A stretch of 47,661 bases of DNA from Mesotaenium endlicherianum (GCA_009602735.1 WELA01002985.1:230364-278024), one strand, 5' to 3'; positions 36,289-47,661 are shown, counted from the first letter of the stretch. Notes: a model not told the origin generated them from the letters alone. Made by a program: numbers and translations.

Positions 36289-38658
36289 ATGGCACAAATT
36301 TCTTTGGTCCTGGCTGCTAGAGGAGCACCTTTTGCACCCCAACCTTGTAGACGTGTGCAAGAGACTGCGCCTGAATAGACCTACGTCACCATCGTCACTC
36401 CTGCTGCAACCAGCAACCGACATCCTGAAGTGAAGTGCAACTTTTGCAAGAAAGTATTTTGGGGGGGTGTTACGAAGATTCGTAATCACTTCGTGGGGGC
36501 CAAAGGTATTCGTGAGTGTGACGATATTCCCATGAATTTGAAGGAAGCAATGACTATTTGTCATACTTCTACTTCTAAATCTCAGCTAGGTAAACGTAGA
36601 TCTAAGAGTGACATGAATGTCTCACGCAGTCGCTTGTTTGGATTGCCTAAAGCTGAGCTTGAACTTAGAAGTTCATCTGGGAGAGAGTGGGGTCAGTCAA
36701 GGTTGAAGGATCTTTCTAAGAGAATGAATGCTGATAGTGTTCATGAAGCAGTTGCCAGGTTCTTTTACGCCACGGGTGTGTCTTTTAATGTAGCGCGGAG
36801 TAATTTCTTTGTGGACACAATGAATGCAATCAGCAAGTACTCTTTGGAGAATGGCCTTCCTTACGTTGCGATGAAGGATAAGCCTTTAGGAAGCATCCTC
36901 TTAGACAAAGAGGTCACACGAGTAGAACAGTAGGAGAAGAAGCAACTAAATGACATAGAGATTTCTGGATGCACCCTAGTATTAGATGGGTGGACAGACA
37001 CATCAGGGCATCCCCTCTTGAATGTCCTTAGAGTATCTCGTGATGTGGAGTTGTTCATGGACTCCATTAATACTGAGGGTGAGAAGAAGACGGGTGAGTA
37101 TATTGCTAATTAGTTCATTATTGAAGCCGTGAAGCAAGTGGGTCCTGAAAATGTTGTGCAAGTGTGCATAGATTCAGCTGCCAATTGTCTTAAGGCGGGC
37201 GAGTTGGTACAAGAGGAGTTCCCCGACATTCTTAGAACTCCTTGTGCGGCCCATTGCCTGGATTTGCTTCTCAAAGACCTAGGGAAAATTCAGGAGTTAG
37301 AAGAGATTGTAAATAGATCCAAGGGCCTAGTCCAATTTGTGACCAATCACCACATGCCTCACGCTATTTACCGTCAGCATGCAAAGAGGCTCAATAATGT
37401 GTTGAAGTTATTGAAGCCTGCACCCACCAGATTTGCAAGTAACTTCCTATGCTTGCAAAGATTGTATGAGGTTAGAGACACCTTGCAAGCTATGGTAGCT
37501 GATAGTCGTTGGCTTGAGTGGTCTGCTAGGAATGGGTGTGCAAATGAGGCTACGAGGATTCGAGACATCATTCGGAAAGACAGTATGTAGGAGAGATTGA
37601 AAGTGTGGGTAAATGTGTGTGAGCCAATAGTTGTACTTCTTCGTCTTGTTGACTCTCCCGAGCCAGCACTAGGCAAGATCTGGGCCAAGATGTTTGGGAT
37701 TCAAGAGCGCGTCAACAATGCCCCCGGTCTAAAAGATGCTCAAAGAACCAAAGCTGCCAAGGAAGTTGCCGCGCGTTGGCAACAACTACACTCTCCGTTG
37801 CATTCCACTGGTAGGTTGTCATTTGTCATATTTGTCTTCATCCTTCTCATTAGGCATGTTATTGATTTTCTGCTTTGTTTTCTTGCACGTCCTTGGGTGT
37901 CATATTCCCTCTCTCTTATCTCTCTCAATGCTCTTTTCTCTCTCTCTCTTCTCTCTATAAGACAATATATTCGTAATTGATGTAAATATCTGTTTTGCCC
38001 TTGTGCAGGCTACTACCTACATCCAGAGTATCAAGATCATGATTCTTGGGCCAGCGATAGTTCTCTCTTGAAGGACCATTTGCTAGTGTGCCAGAAGCTT
38101 GTTGGAAAGGGGACTTTGCTAAGAGCTCAAGTTGACAAGGAGCTGAGCCTCTATCGTGAAGAGGGGAATACATTTGGTGATAGTGTAATATTGGAAAACA
38201 AGAGTAGTATGCCTGCACATGTTTGGTGGGAAATGTATGGGAGTGTTTGTCCAAACCTGCAGGCTCTTGCAATGAAGGTCTTGTCCCAACCTGCATCAGC
38301 TTTTGCTTGTGAGCGGAATTGGTCGGAATATGGGTTTGTTCATAGCCCAATTCGCAACAGGTTGCTTCCAAGTAGGGCAAAGAAGCTTGTATATGTGCAC
38401 ACTATGTTGAGGTTGCAAGAAAAGAGGGTCAAAAGTCTAGGTGTAGCAAATCTAGGAAAACTACCATGGGTTGTTGAAGCGGAGCTTGAAGTATCTCAAG
38501 AGATTGTAGAAGAGGAACTCACAGACAATGCAGAAAATATTGTCTTTCAGCAAGAGAGTGAGGATGAGGACGAGGAAGAGGAGCTAGAAGAAGAAGATGA
38601 GGTAGAGGAAGAGGAGAGTCTTGCAGATGCAAGGAGGATTAGAGCTAGAAGATGTTGA
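36289..38658 (+). pseudogene. hAT transposase (zf-BED, DUF659-type DDE core, dimerization domain) with 4 premature stops
   Basis: ATG 36289; motifs CNFCKK..GGVTKIRNHF, LVLDGWTD, VVQVCIDSAAN, CAAHCLDL, PAPTRFAS and WW..LAMKVLSQPASAFACERNWS; intron 37811-38008; in-frame TAGs at 36376, 36931, 37111 and 37588. Confidence 0.93.
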
Positions 38659-39271
38659 TGTTGTGCACTCACTTTCTTGTTTGTTCGTAGGCATGTGACC
38701 ATTGATGTGACATGTGCAATCTTAACTTAATGTTTACTTTTAGTAGTCTTTGAAATGTAACTTTAGTCTTTGGGTATGGGTATGAACAAGCAACTTTGAT
38801 GTCAAAATGATAGGAAAATACAATGTATAATAAGTTATATTGAATGTCATAGCAAAAGAAACGAAATTGTGAAATTAATATATGTAAACTATTACATGTG
38901 GCATAAAAATGTTGAAAAAGTTTGTCACTCTACAAATACATACTCCACATTTCAATTCTTAATAGTAGCAACTTGCAAAAATGCTTGGAAAAAAGAGAAT
39001 TGAAAGGAAGTTAAAAAACAAACAAAGTGAACAATACACTTTAAAACAGCACGAACGACAGCAAACAAGCAAACTGGAGAACTGAGCGTGCATGCAAATC
39101 TTAAAAATTAGCAAGAAAAAAAATTTTGTACTCAAAAAGTATTTCCAAATCACTTTTTCTGCCCGGCACGTGCCAAAAAGTACGAACATGTACGACATGA
39201 CGTTGACACTTAAAGTCCATGATTTTCTTTTACTTGAAAATAATATTTGAAAAAAAAAAAAAAAAAAAAAN

Positions 39272-39320
<49 letters not shown>

Positions 39321-39421
39321 ACGAACAAAGCAAACAATGCACGAAAAACAACAAGAACTATAGCGAACAAGCAAACTGCAATACTAAGTGTACATGCAAA
39401 CGGCGTAACCTTGGAATAAGT

Positions 39422-39650
39422 CACGACTCACACGCACCCCCGTTTGAACGCCTGAGCTCAACAACGATCTACTTCCACATGCATAGACTCCCTGACACCA
39501 CTAGCACAGTTTCCTGAACTGGCTGTAGTTCCCCAGATATGTCAAGTGATACGAAAGTGAGTTTAAGAAAACGAAGATGTCCATCCTGGGCAGTTGACAG
39601 GATCCAGGCAAAGATTGCCTTGAGAATGTTGACACAATAGCGGCAACGGA
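39422..39650 (-). pseudogene. VPS41 3' remnant copy 2, portion right of the hAT insertion
   Basis: aagaaaacgaagatgtccatcc..gcag.tgacaggatccaggca + tgccttgagaatgt matches VPS41 45610-45656 joined to 46927-46940. Translates to RYCVNILKA / CLDPV. Confidence 0.75.
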
Positions 39651-40666
39651 GCACTTTTGTGCGGACCCGTCAATGGTGCGCACGAGCATGTTTCTCTGCC
39701 TGAGACAATACCCATAACAGGAGAACAAGACCTTACTATATACACAATGTACACCCGTACATTTCAAGGAAACAAAGCCAAGATAGGGCACATGTATCAG
39801 CTAACAGCGAAGGATACTTTGAAGTATGGCGTTGGCTAGGAGAGTAAAAGCGGGGCAGGTTTAGGTTCAGCGAGCATGCATACGAAAAAAAAAAAAGTGT
39901 AGCATATCAGGGCTGAGAACTGCGTGAGAGATAAGCTCCTTGCACATGTGACCTGTCGTTTCGCAACAATACAAGCTCGTTTGCCTACTCCTATTCCAGT
40001 GCCCAGTCATGTCTTTGTCTTCACCCTGCGCACCCCCGCTCATGTGTCAGCATTGGGCATGGGCTCTTGCACACACAGGGAGAAGGCGGCAGTCAACATT
40101 CTTACTAGAGGCGCACGCTACAGCTGACACAATGCACGAAAAGAACCTTGTCATCAACCCCGCACTGCTTCTCAAAGCATAGTTAGCAGAAGAAAGTTAA
40201 AGATTCCCCCCCCTTTCAACTTCCTTCCACACAAACACACACACACACACACACATACCAATAACTGCTGCGTAAGGGGCGCAAAAAGTACATCATGCAA
40301 GAAAAAAATGCTCCGTCAATTTTCCACCATGTGCAACATGCGCCACCATTCCTGTCTCAGGGTGGGCCCCAGCACTGGCTTCCGGTATCTTAATGATTAT
40401 GCCAGGGCCACATGAAGCCCACTCCACTTGTAGCTCCTGAACTTTCCTGGCAATGGTGCTTGCTGGCAAGGACTTGGGGCTATGACAGGCGCCCAAACGG
40501 CTTTTGGAAAAGTTCAACACGAGCTGTCACACCCCTGCCTCTTCTCGTTTGGCAGCCTCATGAGTGACTGGGAGAGAGGCCATCAACAACCTCGCGACCC
40601 TGCTTCTTGAAACCATAAATTGCAATTGCTGTTCTCCAACTCCTGGGCAAGCAAGGCACGATCTCA

Positions 40667-42360
40667 TCAGGTCCTCTTGCAGCTGCTACCAGCAGCTGCA
40701 ACTGGCCGACAGTGTGGCTTGTGGTGGGGCCAATTGAGCTTCTGACACGCCTTGCTGCAGTAGCCTCTTCCCTTGCATTGGCCGCACCTTTGCACAGCTA
40801 TCCCCAGTCGCACCGCAGATGACACACACTTTAGCTGCAGGGGCCAGGCTCCCATTCTGACGCACAGCTCTAACTTCTTCCTCCTCCTTCTCCTTGCCCC
40901 GTTGCACCTCACCTTTCTGGCACTTCAGGCCCTCTACTGCGCTAGCGGCACTTCCTCCACCTGCGCTACGGATGTTCCGCCATGAACCCTCCATCTCCTC
41001 TGTGCTCCTCCAAGATGGGGGCAGTGCAGCATCAGTGCTCGTGCCTGCCTCTCCCGCAACACCTGTAGTGCGCGAATCTGCGGGGCACCTTTCCTCAAGG
41101 CCTACTCCTCTGCCTGCTCCTCTGCCTGGCGCCTTGCCTCCACCTCCGCCTCCAGTCTCCCCCTAGCCTCCTCAGCGTCGTTCTCGTCCCACGCCTCCTT
41201 CAACTCCGTCTCATCCTCAGCGCCGCGGTTCAACCTGCAACAGAAATTTGACAGCAAGACTACCTCAATCATCAGGCAAGGCAATCGCCTATTGCCTCGT
41301 ATAGCAAGGTCTCAACACCTTCAGGGCACCACAACATCCAACAACCGACTGCACGTCTCCAAATAAAGGGGGCGGGGGGGNNNNNNNNNNNNNNNNNNNN
41401 NNNNNNNNNNNNNNNNNNNNNNNNNNNNNNNNNNNNNNNNNNNNNNNNNNNNNNNNNNNNNNNNNNNNNNNNNNNNNNNNNNNNNNNNNNNNNNNNNNNN
41501 NNNNNNNNNNNNNNNNNNNNNNNNNNNNNNNNNNNNNNNNNNNNNNNNNNNNNNNNNNNNNNNNNNNNNNNNNNNNNNNNNNNNNNNNNNNNNNNNNNNN
41601 NNNNNNNNNNNNNNNNNNNNNNNNNNNNNNNNNNNNNNNNNNNNNNNNNNNNNNNNNNNNNNNNNNNNNNNNNNNNNNNNNNNNNNNNNNNNNNNNNNNN
41701 NNNNNNNNNNNNNNNNNNNNNNNNNNNNNNNNNNNNNNNNNNNNNNNNNNNNNNNNNNNNNNNNNNNNNNNNNNNNNNNNNNNNNNNNNNNNNNNNNNNN
41801 NNNNNNNNNNNNNNNNNNNNNNNNNNNNNNNNNNNNNNNNNNNNNNNNNNNNNNNNNNNNNNNNNNNNNNNNNNNNNNNNNNNNNNNNNNNNNNNNNNNN
41901 NNNNNNNNNNNNNNNNNNNNNNNNNNNNNNNNNNNNNNNNNNNNNNNNNNNNNNNNNNNNNNNNNNNNNNNNNNNNNNNNNNNNNNNNNNNNNNNNNNNN
42001 NNNNNNNNNNNNNNNNNNNNNNNNNNNNNNNNNNNNNNNNNNNNNNNNNNNNNNNNNNNNNNNNNNNNNNNNNNNNNNNNNNNNNNNNNNNNNNNNNNNN
42101 NNNNNNNNNNNNNNNNNNNNNNNNNNNNNNNNNNNNNNNNNNNNNNNNNNNNNNNNNNNNNNNNNNNNNNNNNNNNNNNNNNNNNNNNNNNNNNNNNNNN
42201 GGGGGGGGCACCTTCTGGTCCTTCTCCTTGCGGGAGTCGCGCGACTTCTCCTTCTCGTGGAGCTTCTTGCGCGGGGCCTTGCTGGAGTTGGGCGCGCGCG
42301 CGGGCTTCTTGTTCTTGGCCAGCTCCGCCAGGAAGGCCTCCTGCGCCGCATCCGACTTCT
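40667..42360 (-). pseudogene. Chimeric pseudogene: fragment of a plant DUF627/DUF629 ubiquitin-specific protease fused to a paralogous MYND finger
   Basis: 42360-42211 encodes KSDAAQEAFLAELAKNKK...KEKSRDSRKEKDQK, resembling the KSDAAREAFLAEL motif of plant DUF629-UCH proteins. The exon from ~41235 encodes an E-rich coil, then a stop at 41102 and a frameshifted CVIC..CGQCKGRGYCSKACQKLNWPHHKPHC homologous to 24096-24560. Confidence 0.7.
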
Positions 42361-42874
42361 GGTTTTTTAGTGCGAAGCGCAACCCTTTCCCCTGACCAAT
42401 CCCATCTGAGTAGTTAACCCATATAAATATCTCGCAATCGGACGACCTCGACGAACAAGGTCACGAGGGGCCGGCATTACTTATCAACTCACTCGCCGTT
42501 CAATATGGACGTGAAGAGAGCGGTGGGCTGTCCGAAAATGTGACGGTCCTTGGGAACCTGTGGGAGTAATTTCCCACAGCAAGTTCCCACGGGGGTAAAT
42601 TCCAAGGGCAGTACAGCCCAGGGGGTTCGAGCCCCACGGACCTATGGAGCTTGGGGGTAATTAATCCCAGAGGTCTTTCGATCCGCTCGGGTTTACTAGC
42701 CAAGAGATTGCTTCTCGGCTTTGTCACGTGCGCCAGAGCTCTGATGCCCGTTGACTTTTGAACAAGAAAATCCGGACCTTTTGCTGCCGCCGACACTTTA
42801 CAAAGAAGCGAGCTGCCAGCAAGGCTTAATTTTTGACAAAGGGCTTAATTTTTGGCATTTGGTGCATTGTATAG

Positions 42875-43445
42875 GAGTGCGGTCCCATTAGGCCGTTTTG
42901 CACCCCCTAAAATGTTTAGGGAGCTCCCTAAACTCGTAGGCTTTTGTCAACAACGCATTAGAGAAGCATTACGAAAGCGCGTTGATGGCGCAATAGAACC
43001 GCAAGCCTGTTCAAGCTGGTTCAAGCGACCTATGCCACGTTTGATTCTATTTCTGAACATCAGTGGTCCATTTGAGGTGGAGTGTGTGGGCGTGTGCTAC
43101 TTTTTGTGTACCATGTGACCGGCGCCCATGCATAGCAAAGAACAAGATTAGGGAGGCGTTTGAAAAGATAACCGGGCGTATGCTCTATAAGCGTCCCTTA
43201 AAGACCACCGACATGACCCATACGCAACATAGTTAAACACCTGGGCCAACAAATACACACACCTGACACTAGATGACAAAGATAAAGGGAGCTCCCTAAG
43301 TGCCAGCTTGGCAAAATAGGGAGCCTCAAATGTGCTTTTGTGCTGGTTCGCCATTGATTAAGTTTGCGTCGACACGTAAGATAGTTGACAGCATTTTTAG
43401 GGAAGTGTTTTAGGCGAGGAAATATGCTCTAATGGGATAGCACTC
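42875..43445. mobile_element. Tourist-like (PIF/Harbinger) MITE
   Basis: TIRs GAGTGCGGTCCCATTAG / revcomp GAGTGCTATCCCATTAG, flanks TAG/TAA, and subterminal TAGGGAG repeats. Confidence 0.7.
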
Positions 43446-45248
43446 TAAGTGGGTTCTGATTGGCCAGGACGATTTGCATGTAACTCAGCGGAGATGAGGC
43501 GAAAAAGCCCTTTCTCCGCCCCTAACTCTCCACCGGAGAAATGGTTTTTTCCACCTTGTAAAAAACTCTACGAAGTTAGGATTCTCCACTAGACCAGTCT
43601 CAGAGTGAATACGCGAGAATCCCATAACTAGGGTGATGACATTAAGAGTTGCCATAGTTGGTGAATAAATAAGAAAGAAAAAGCTTCGTATTTGGTATCT
43701 AGCAATGCATTACACTATTTGGAACGTCCATTAATATTGCCTTGTATGTTGCAGATCTCGAGAGTGTGTGCTTGTATGCTCGGAAATTTTACTTTGGCTA
43801 AGCGAGAAGTAGATTGAATTGAGCCGGTCAGTACGGACAGCATACACCCTACTTGGTTAACGCCCGTGGGTCCGTCGTCCGCCTCGCATATTGAACTGAG
43901 CCTGGCTAAGCTAGTGCGAGGAATCAGGATGGCTTGGATTTCTAAAAAGATTTTGAATATCTTTCCCATACCAAACCTCTAGGGTGGGCTTCATCTTTCT
44001 ACAACATTGCACGTGAACTTTTCTCTCCACCTGTGCCTATAATGTAAAAGCTGGTTTTCTGCCAAATCTGGTGCGGTGGGTCAATTCTAGCGCACTTTCT
44101 AAGCAATCGCTAGTGCTTGCCGAAATCCCTTGCACAATTTCAGCCGCACCAATGGACGTGCTCTGGGTGAGACATCACCATCTCCAATTTATGAAGGAAC
44201 AAGCTCACAAGAACAAGTATCACAACAATCCAGCTTGTGGGGGGCCATGTACCTTAAAACCCAAGTTAACATACTACAATTCATATACTTCCATCATGCA
44301 GTCATGTCAAACACGTACAAGCTTCCCCAGCAGTGACACTATGACTCATGAGCGCTCCTCTCACAAAGAGTGAAACATACTCAGGCCAAGCAAGTTGCAA
44401 AAAGTCTATTTGCAAGATTGTTTTATGGTGATGTGGGCCAAGCCCGATAACCAAGAAGACTGCAGGAAGTACAGTACTTAGGATTGAATTGGAAAACCTT
44501 GCGTAGAATGTACTTGTCATGCAACCAACGTGACTTACACACATCTATATGAACAATAATGTGGCTTCAAAGGTTGTGTATTACGCACATTTCCGTATCC
44601 TGTATCAAAGCAATAATGCTCTTACCAGCCATCCTTGAGGTAGGCGCTATTGTAAAAGAGATTTGCTAATGTACTGCGTCTCTCTCTTGAGAATTATTAT
44701 GACATTTGTATATTCCAATTGTGGCTCTTTACATCAAGAATCGTACTAACTTGAGTTTATTCAGCTGTAATGTTCAATCAAGTTCCAAAGCTAATTTGAT
44801 CACGTTTGCAAGGTAGTACTTATTTCTGCCACTTTGGACCTGTATGCGCAAACGACAGCCAACATACTGAAGAATTATTCAAGAATTAATCAAAGCCTGA
44901 TAGAGCTGGCCAGCATAACAATCTTAAAATTCCATGTAACCAATTTATGCATGTATTAGTATAAGACACAGTAGGTGTAGGAGCCTCCAAAAAAGTGACA
45001 TCTCAACCACATAGTGCCACACATGCCACTAAACTAGCTACCTCATCAAATGAGACTTAGTGCCTAAACAACAAGAGATCCAAAGTTGCTGATTGGTTGC
45101 ATGAACTAGGAGTTTAAGTTGGGGGAGTTGTGGTACAAGAGCAAATTGAAGTCCTGCTTACTGCTAGCAACGTCACTTATACACTATCTGTTACAACGGC
45201 TGCTTCACATCATTGTCCCGATCAAAACAAACTCGATATTGCCAAGCC

Positions 45249-47650
45249 TTACAATTGAATCTCCTCGGGAAACTTGCCCCACCCACCCTTGTCCCTCGAG
45301 AAACTGTTCTCCCGGCTGGGCCCAGGGTGGCCCTTCCTCCTCTCACCCTTCCTCTGAGAAGCCACCGCTGCCGTGTGACACAGAATGCATCTGAGAGCGG
45401 GGCCCGCTTCGTCGCCCGTATCATCACTTCCCACATGTTCCCTCCCAAAAGGGGTCAAACGCTCCCCGCCTAGAAAGCCCACGCTCGGGTCCTCCCCGGT
45501 GGTGCCCACCCTCGTGCCCTGCAATTCCCTGGCACCGCTGCCAGCGGGGCTGCCGACGAGCTCCTGGCTGGTGTCCTCGAGGCACGTCAGGTGGTACGTG
45601 TGCGAGCAGAAGAAGGCGACGATGTCCACCCCGTGCAGCGTGACGGGGTCCAGGCACAGGGAGCACCGGCCGCTCCCCCGGAGGTTCGACGCGCTGCCCT
45701 TCCTGCGCCTCCCCTCGTCGTTGTCATTGACACGCTCCGCGATGGAGGCGCGTCTTGTGAGACCGGAGACTTCCCCCATTGCCGGGCGGCCCAGGTCAAT
45801 GCTGGAGGCACGGCGGATGGACGACGTGCCGCTGCGCTGCAGAGAGGAGGAGGAGGAGCTGAGCAGGGCCTCGCCCACGCGCACGGCGTGCCGTGCCTCC
45901 TGGTAGAACTTCACCAGCAGCGCCACGCAGTCCGACTGCACAAGGGACCAACATCCGCAAACGCTTACTCACGCACAGCACACTCTAAATATAAGTCACG
46001 TTGTGCTCGCAAAGACCATATTGGTGCACACAAACATGCAAGGTGCATGTGCATGCATGTTCATGCCCCCACATGGACCTACTCAAACAATAAGTAAAGG
46101 ATCTGATCGACAGGGTGCGGTGGCGCTTGCCGACAGAGCACACACCTTTACCTCTACGTTGTTTATACTTTTGCAGACATGCAACAAAAGATGACAGCAT
46201 TGATGTGATGTGACTCGTCCCAGAAGGCATCTGTTCTGTCCTGTCCTAGTACGCAAACGCCTGAATTCTTACAAGCCTGAAGCCTAATACTTCTCCTATA
46301 TATCTATTACAACCTTTCCCGTCACACACAACCTGCCCGCAGTAGGCATAGGGCCTCAAATTGCCAACAAAGCAAAGGAAATTGGCGGGCAGTTTCAAAT
46401 GAGAACCTCGCTGCAGCGACTTCGTGCAGATTTAGTAAGCACAAAAAACCAGCAGGTCAATCAATCAATGCATGACAGAAAATGCCCATTTGAAGCTGCC
46501 CAGTGCGCCTCGCCCTGGGCTAAGGACGGGTAGTGGAGCATATTGCAGCCGGCAGAGCTCTTCCTTCCACTCAAGGGGGAGAGATGAAGGATCGGGATGG
46601 TGAATGCACGAGCATTCCAACACTGACCAGACACCAGCCTGCGAGCAGCTCCTAGAGCTCGGAGGAGGGTGCAACAGGGGCAAACGACAACGGCCAAATA
46701 ATGCGAAGAGGGCGGGGGAGAGACACTGACTAGACCATGCACACGCTCTACCAATCATGACAGTTTCGATCGGAAGTGCAGAAAGAAGTGAGGCTGCCCT
46801 ATGAGCATGTGCATGTACGCCGGTGTCTGTGTCTGTATGTGTGTGCCGGTTGCGTGTGTGTGTGTGTGCCTGTGTGTGTGCGTGTCTATGCGTGTGTGTG
46901 AGCGCGTGCGCGTGCACAAGTGAGCATGCCTTGAGAATGTCGTTGCAGCCGTGGCGGAGGGACGTCTCCGTGCGGTAGTCGGCAATGATGCGCACCAGCC
47001 TGTTCCTCAGCCTGCAATTCACGGCTACATCAAGCTAAGGTCATCTGATGTGAGCTGTTACGACATGCTTATGTGATACTCATGAATGCAGGAAACCTAG
47101 CAGAGACCCACGAGCAAGGCCAAGAGCGAGGCAGCGTGTGCGCGTGACGAGATTGTGCAACCACGGATGGCTTGTCAGTAGAAATGCTTACACTCATCGC
47201 ACACAGTGCTTGCAGGCTAATTCTCCCTTCCCCTGATGCAGGCACTACTGGCTGCTCGTCAACTGCTCCTCAAACGCCAGCTGGCTGCTGCTAAAGACAA
47301 CGATCACCTGTGAGTAGCAGACATGCAGCAGTGGCGAATCTCGCAGCTGAATGGCTCCCACCGGCGTGCACTGGCAAACGGAAGGAGGAACGACCAGATG
47401 GGTGGACAGTCGGGCTCATCGCCGGGCCACGCTCGGTCATAGACACTGGGGGTGCACACTTGCACGTGTAACAGACTCGTATTTGTGGGAATAGAGCGCA
47501 CAACTTATTGAACCAGCTCTTGAAGCTGCCAGAGAGGGAGGAGGCGCGGGGTGCATGCACGTACTTGGGGATGGGCAGGCCGGGCGGCACGCGGCTGACC
47601 AGGTGCAGCGGATCTATGTTGCCCACCGTGTGTTCCAGCAGAGCCCCCAC
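45249..47650 (-). CDS. VPS41: Vacuolar protein sorting 41 (HOPS subunit), last three exons; the gene continues beyond the window
   Basis: Exons 47650-47565, 47011-46930 and 45935-45249 give VGALLEHTVGNIDPLHLVSRVPPGLPIPKLRNRLVRIIADYRTETSLRHGCNDILKSDCVALLVKFY..EAR, then a split RING-H2 CSLC...FFCSHTYHLTCL...RCILC, matching the plant VPS41 C-terminus. Confidence 0.93.
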
Positions 47651-47661
47651 CTGCCCCCCCC

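Larger units (their letters stand above)
31893..39413 (+). mobile_element. hAT-superfamily DNA transposon (~7.5 kb, defective)
   Basis: TIRs CAGGATTACGCCGTTCGCA / revcomp CAAGGTTACGCCGTTTGCA, perfect 8-bp TSD GAATAAGT (31885-31892 and 39414-39421), subterminal CGAAC repeats at both ends, and an internal transposase. Confidence 0.93.

Noticed and set aside
34365..36433. Hydrophobic Leu/Ser/Phe-rich ORFs that look like membrane proteins
   Set aside because: Products of CT-rich low-complexity sequence that lacks stop codons by composition.
39250..39319. Poly(A) run as a retroposon tail
   Set aside because: It lies within the A-rich hAT subterminal region, with no separate TSD or LINE/SINE body evident.
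42621..42635. A tRNA gene around GGTTCGAGCCCC
   Set aside because: No D-arm, anticodon arm or acceptor stem at tRNA spacing; kept only as a structured-element finding.

Overview
Eukaryotic nuclear DNA with five N-gaps, most likely from a streptophyte green alga or non-seed plant. This is inferred from plant-type LSM1/VPS41 sequences, GC-rich exons and long spliceosomal introns. Four host genes can be reconstructed by hand: LSM1 (+, first exon upstream of the window); a complete 10-exon secreted protein with beta-helix (GGA[I/V]/FxxN) repeats, EGF-like and PAN/Apple-like modules (+); a ~1450-aa DUF4470-like/MYND zinc-finger protein (-); and the 3' end of VPS41 (-). Mobile DNA comprises a young intact Ty3/Gypsy chromovirus (503-bp LTRs, 5-bp TSD, tRNA-iMet PBS, -1 frameshift signal), an older solo LTR of the same family, a 7.5-kb hAT element with 8-bp TSD and a nonsense-inactivated transposase, and two PIF/Harbinger-type MITEs. 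A hidden layer is a tandemly duplicated 'MYND tail + internally deleted VPS41 3' remnant' unit. One copy is split by the hAT and fused to a fragment of a DUF627/DUF629 USP gene. Several introns have C-rich (or CA-rich) 5' ends and G-rich (or TG-rich) 3' ends in place of a polypyrimidine tract. All calls are by-eye; no searches were run.
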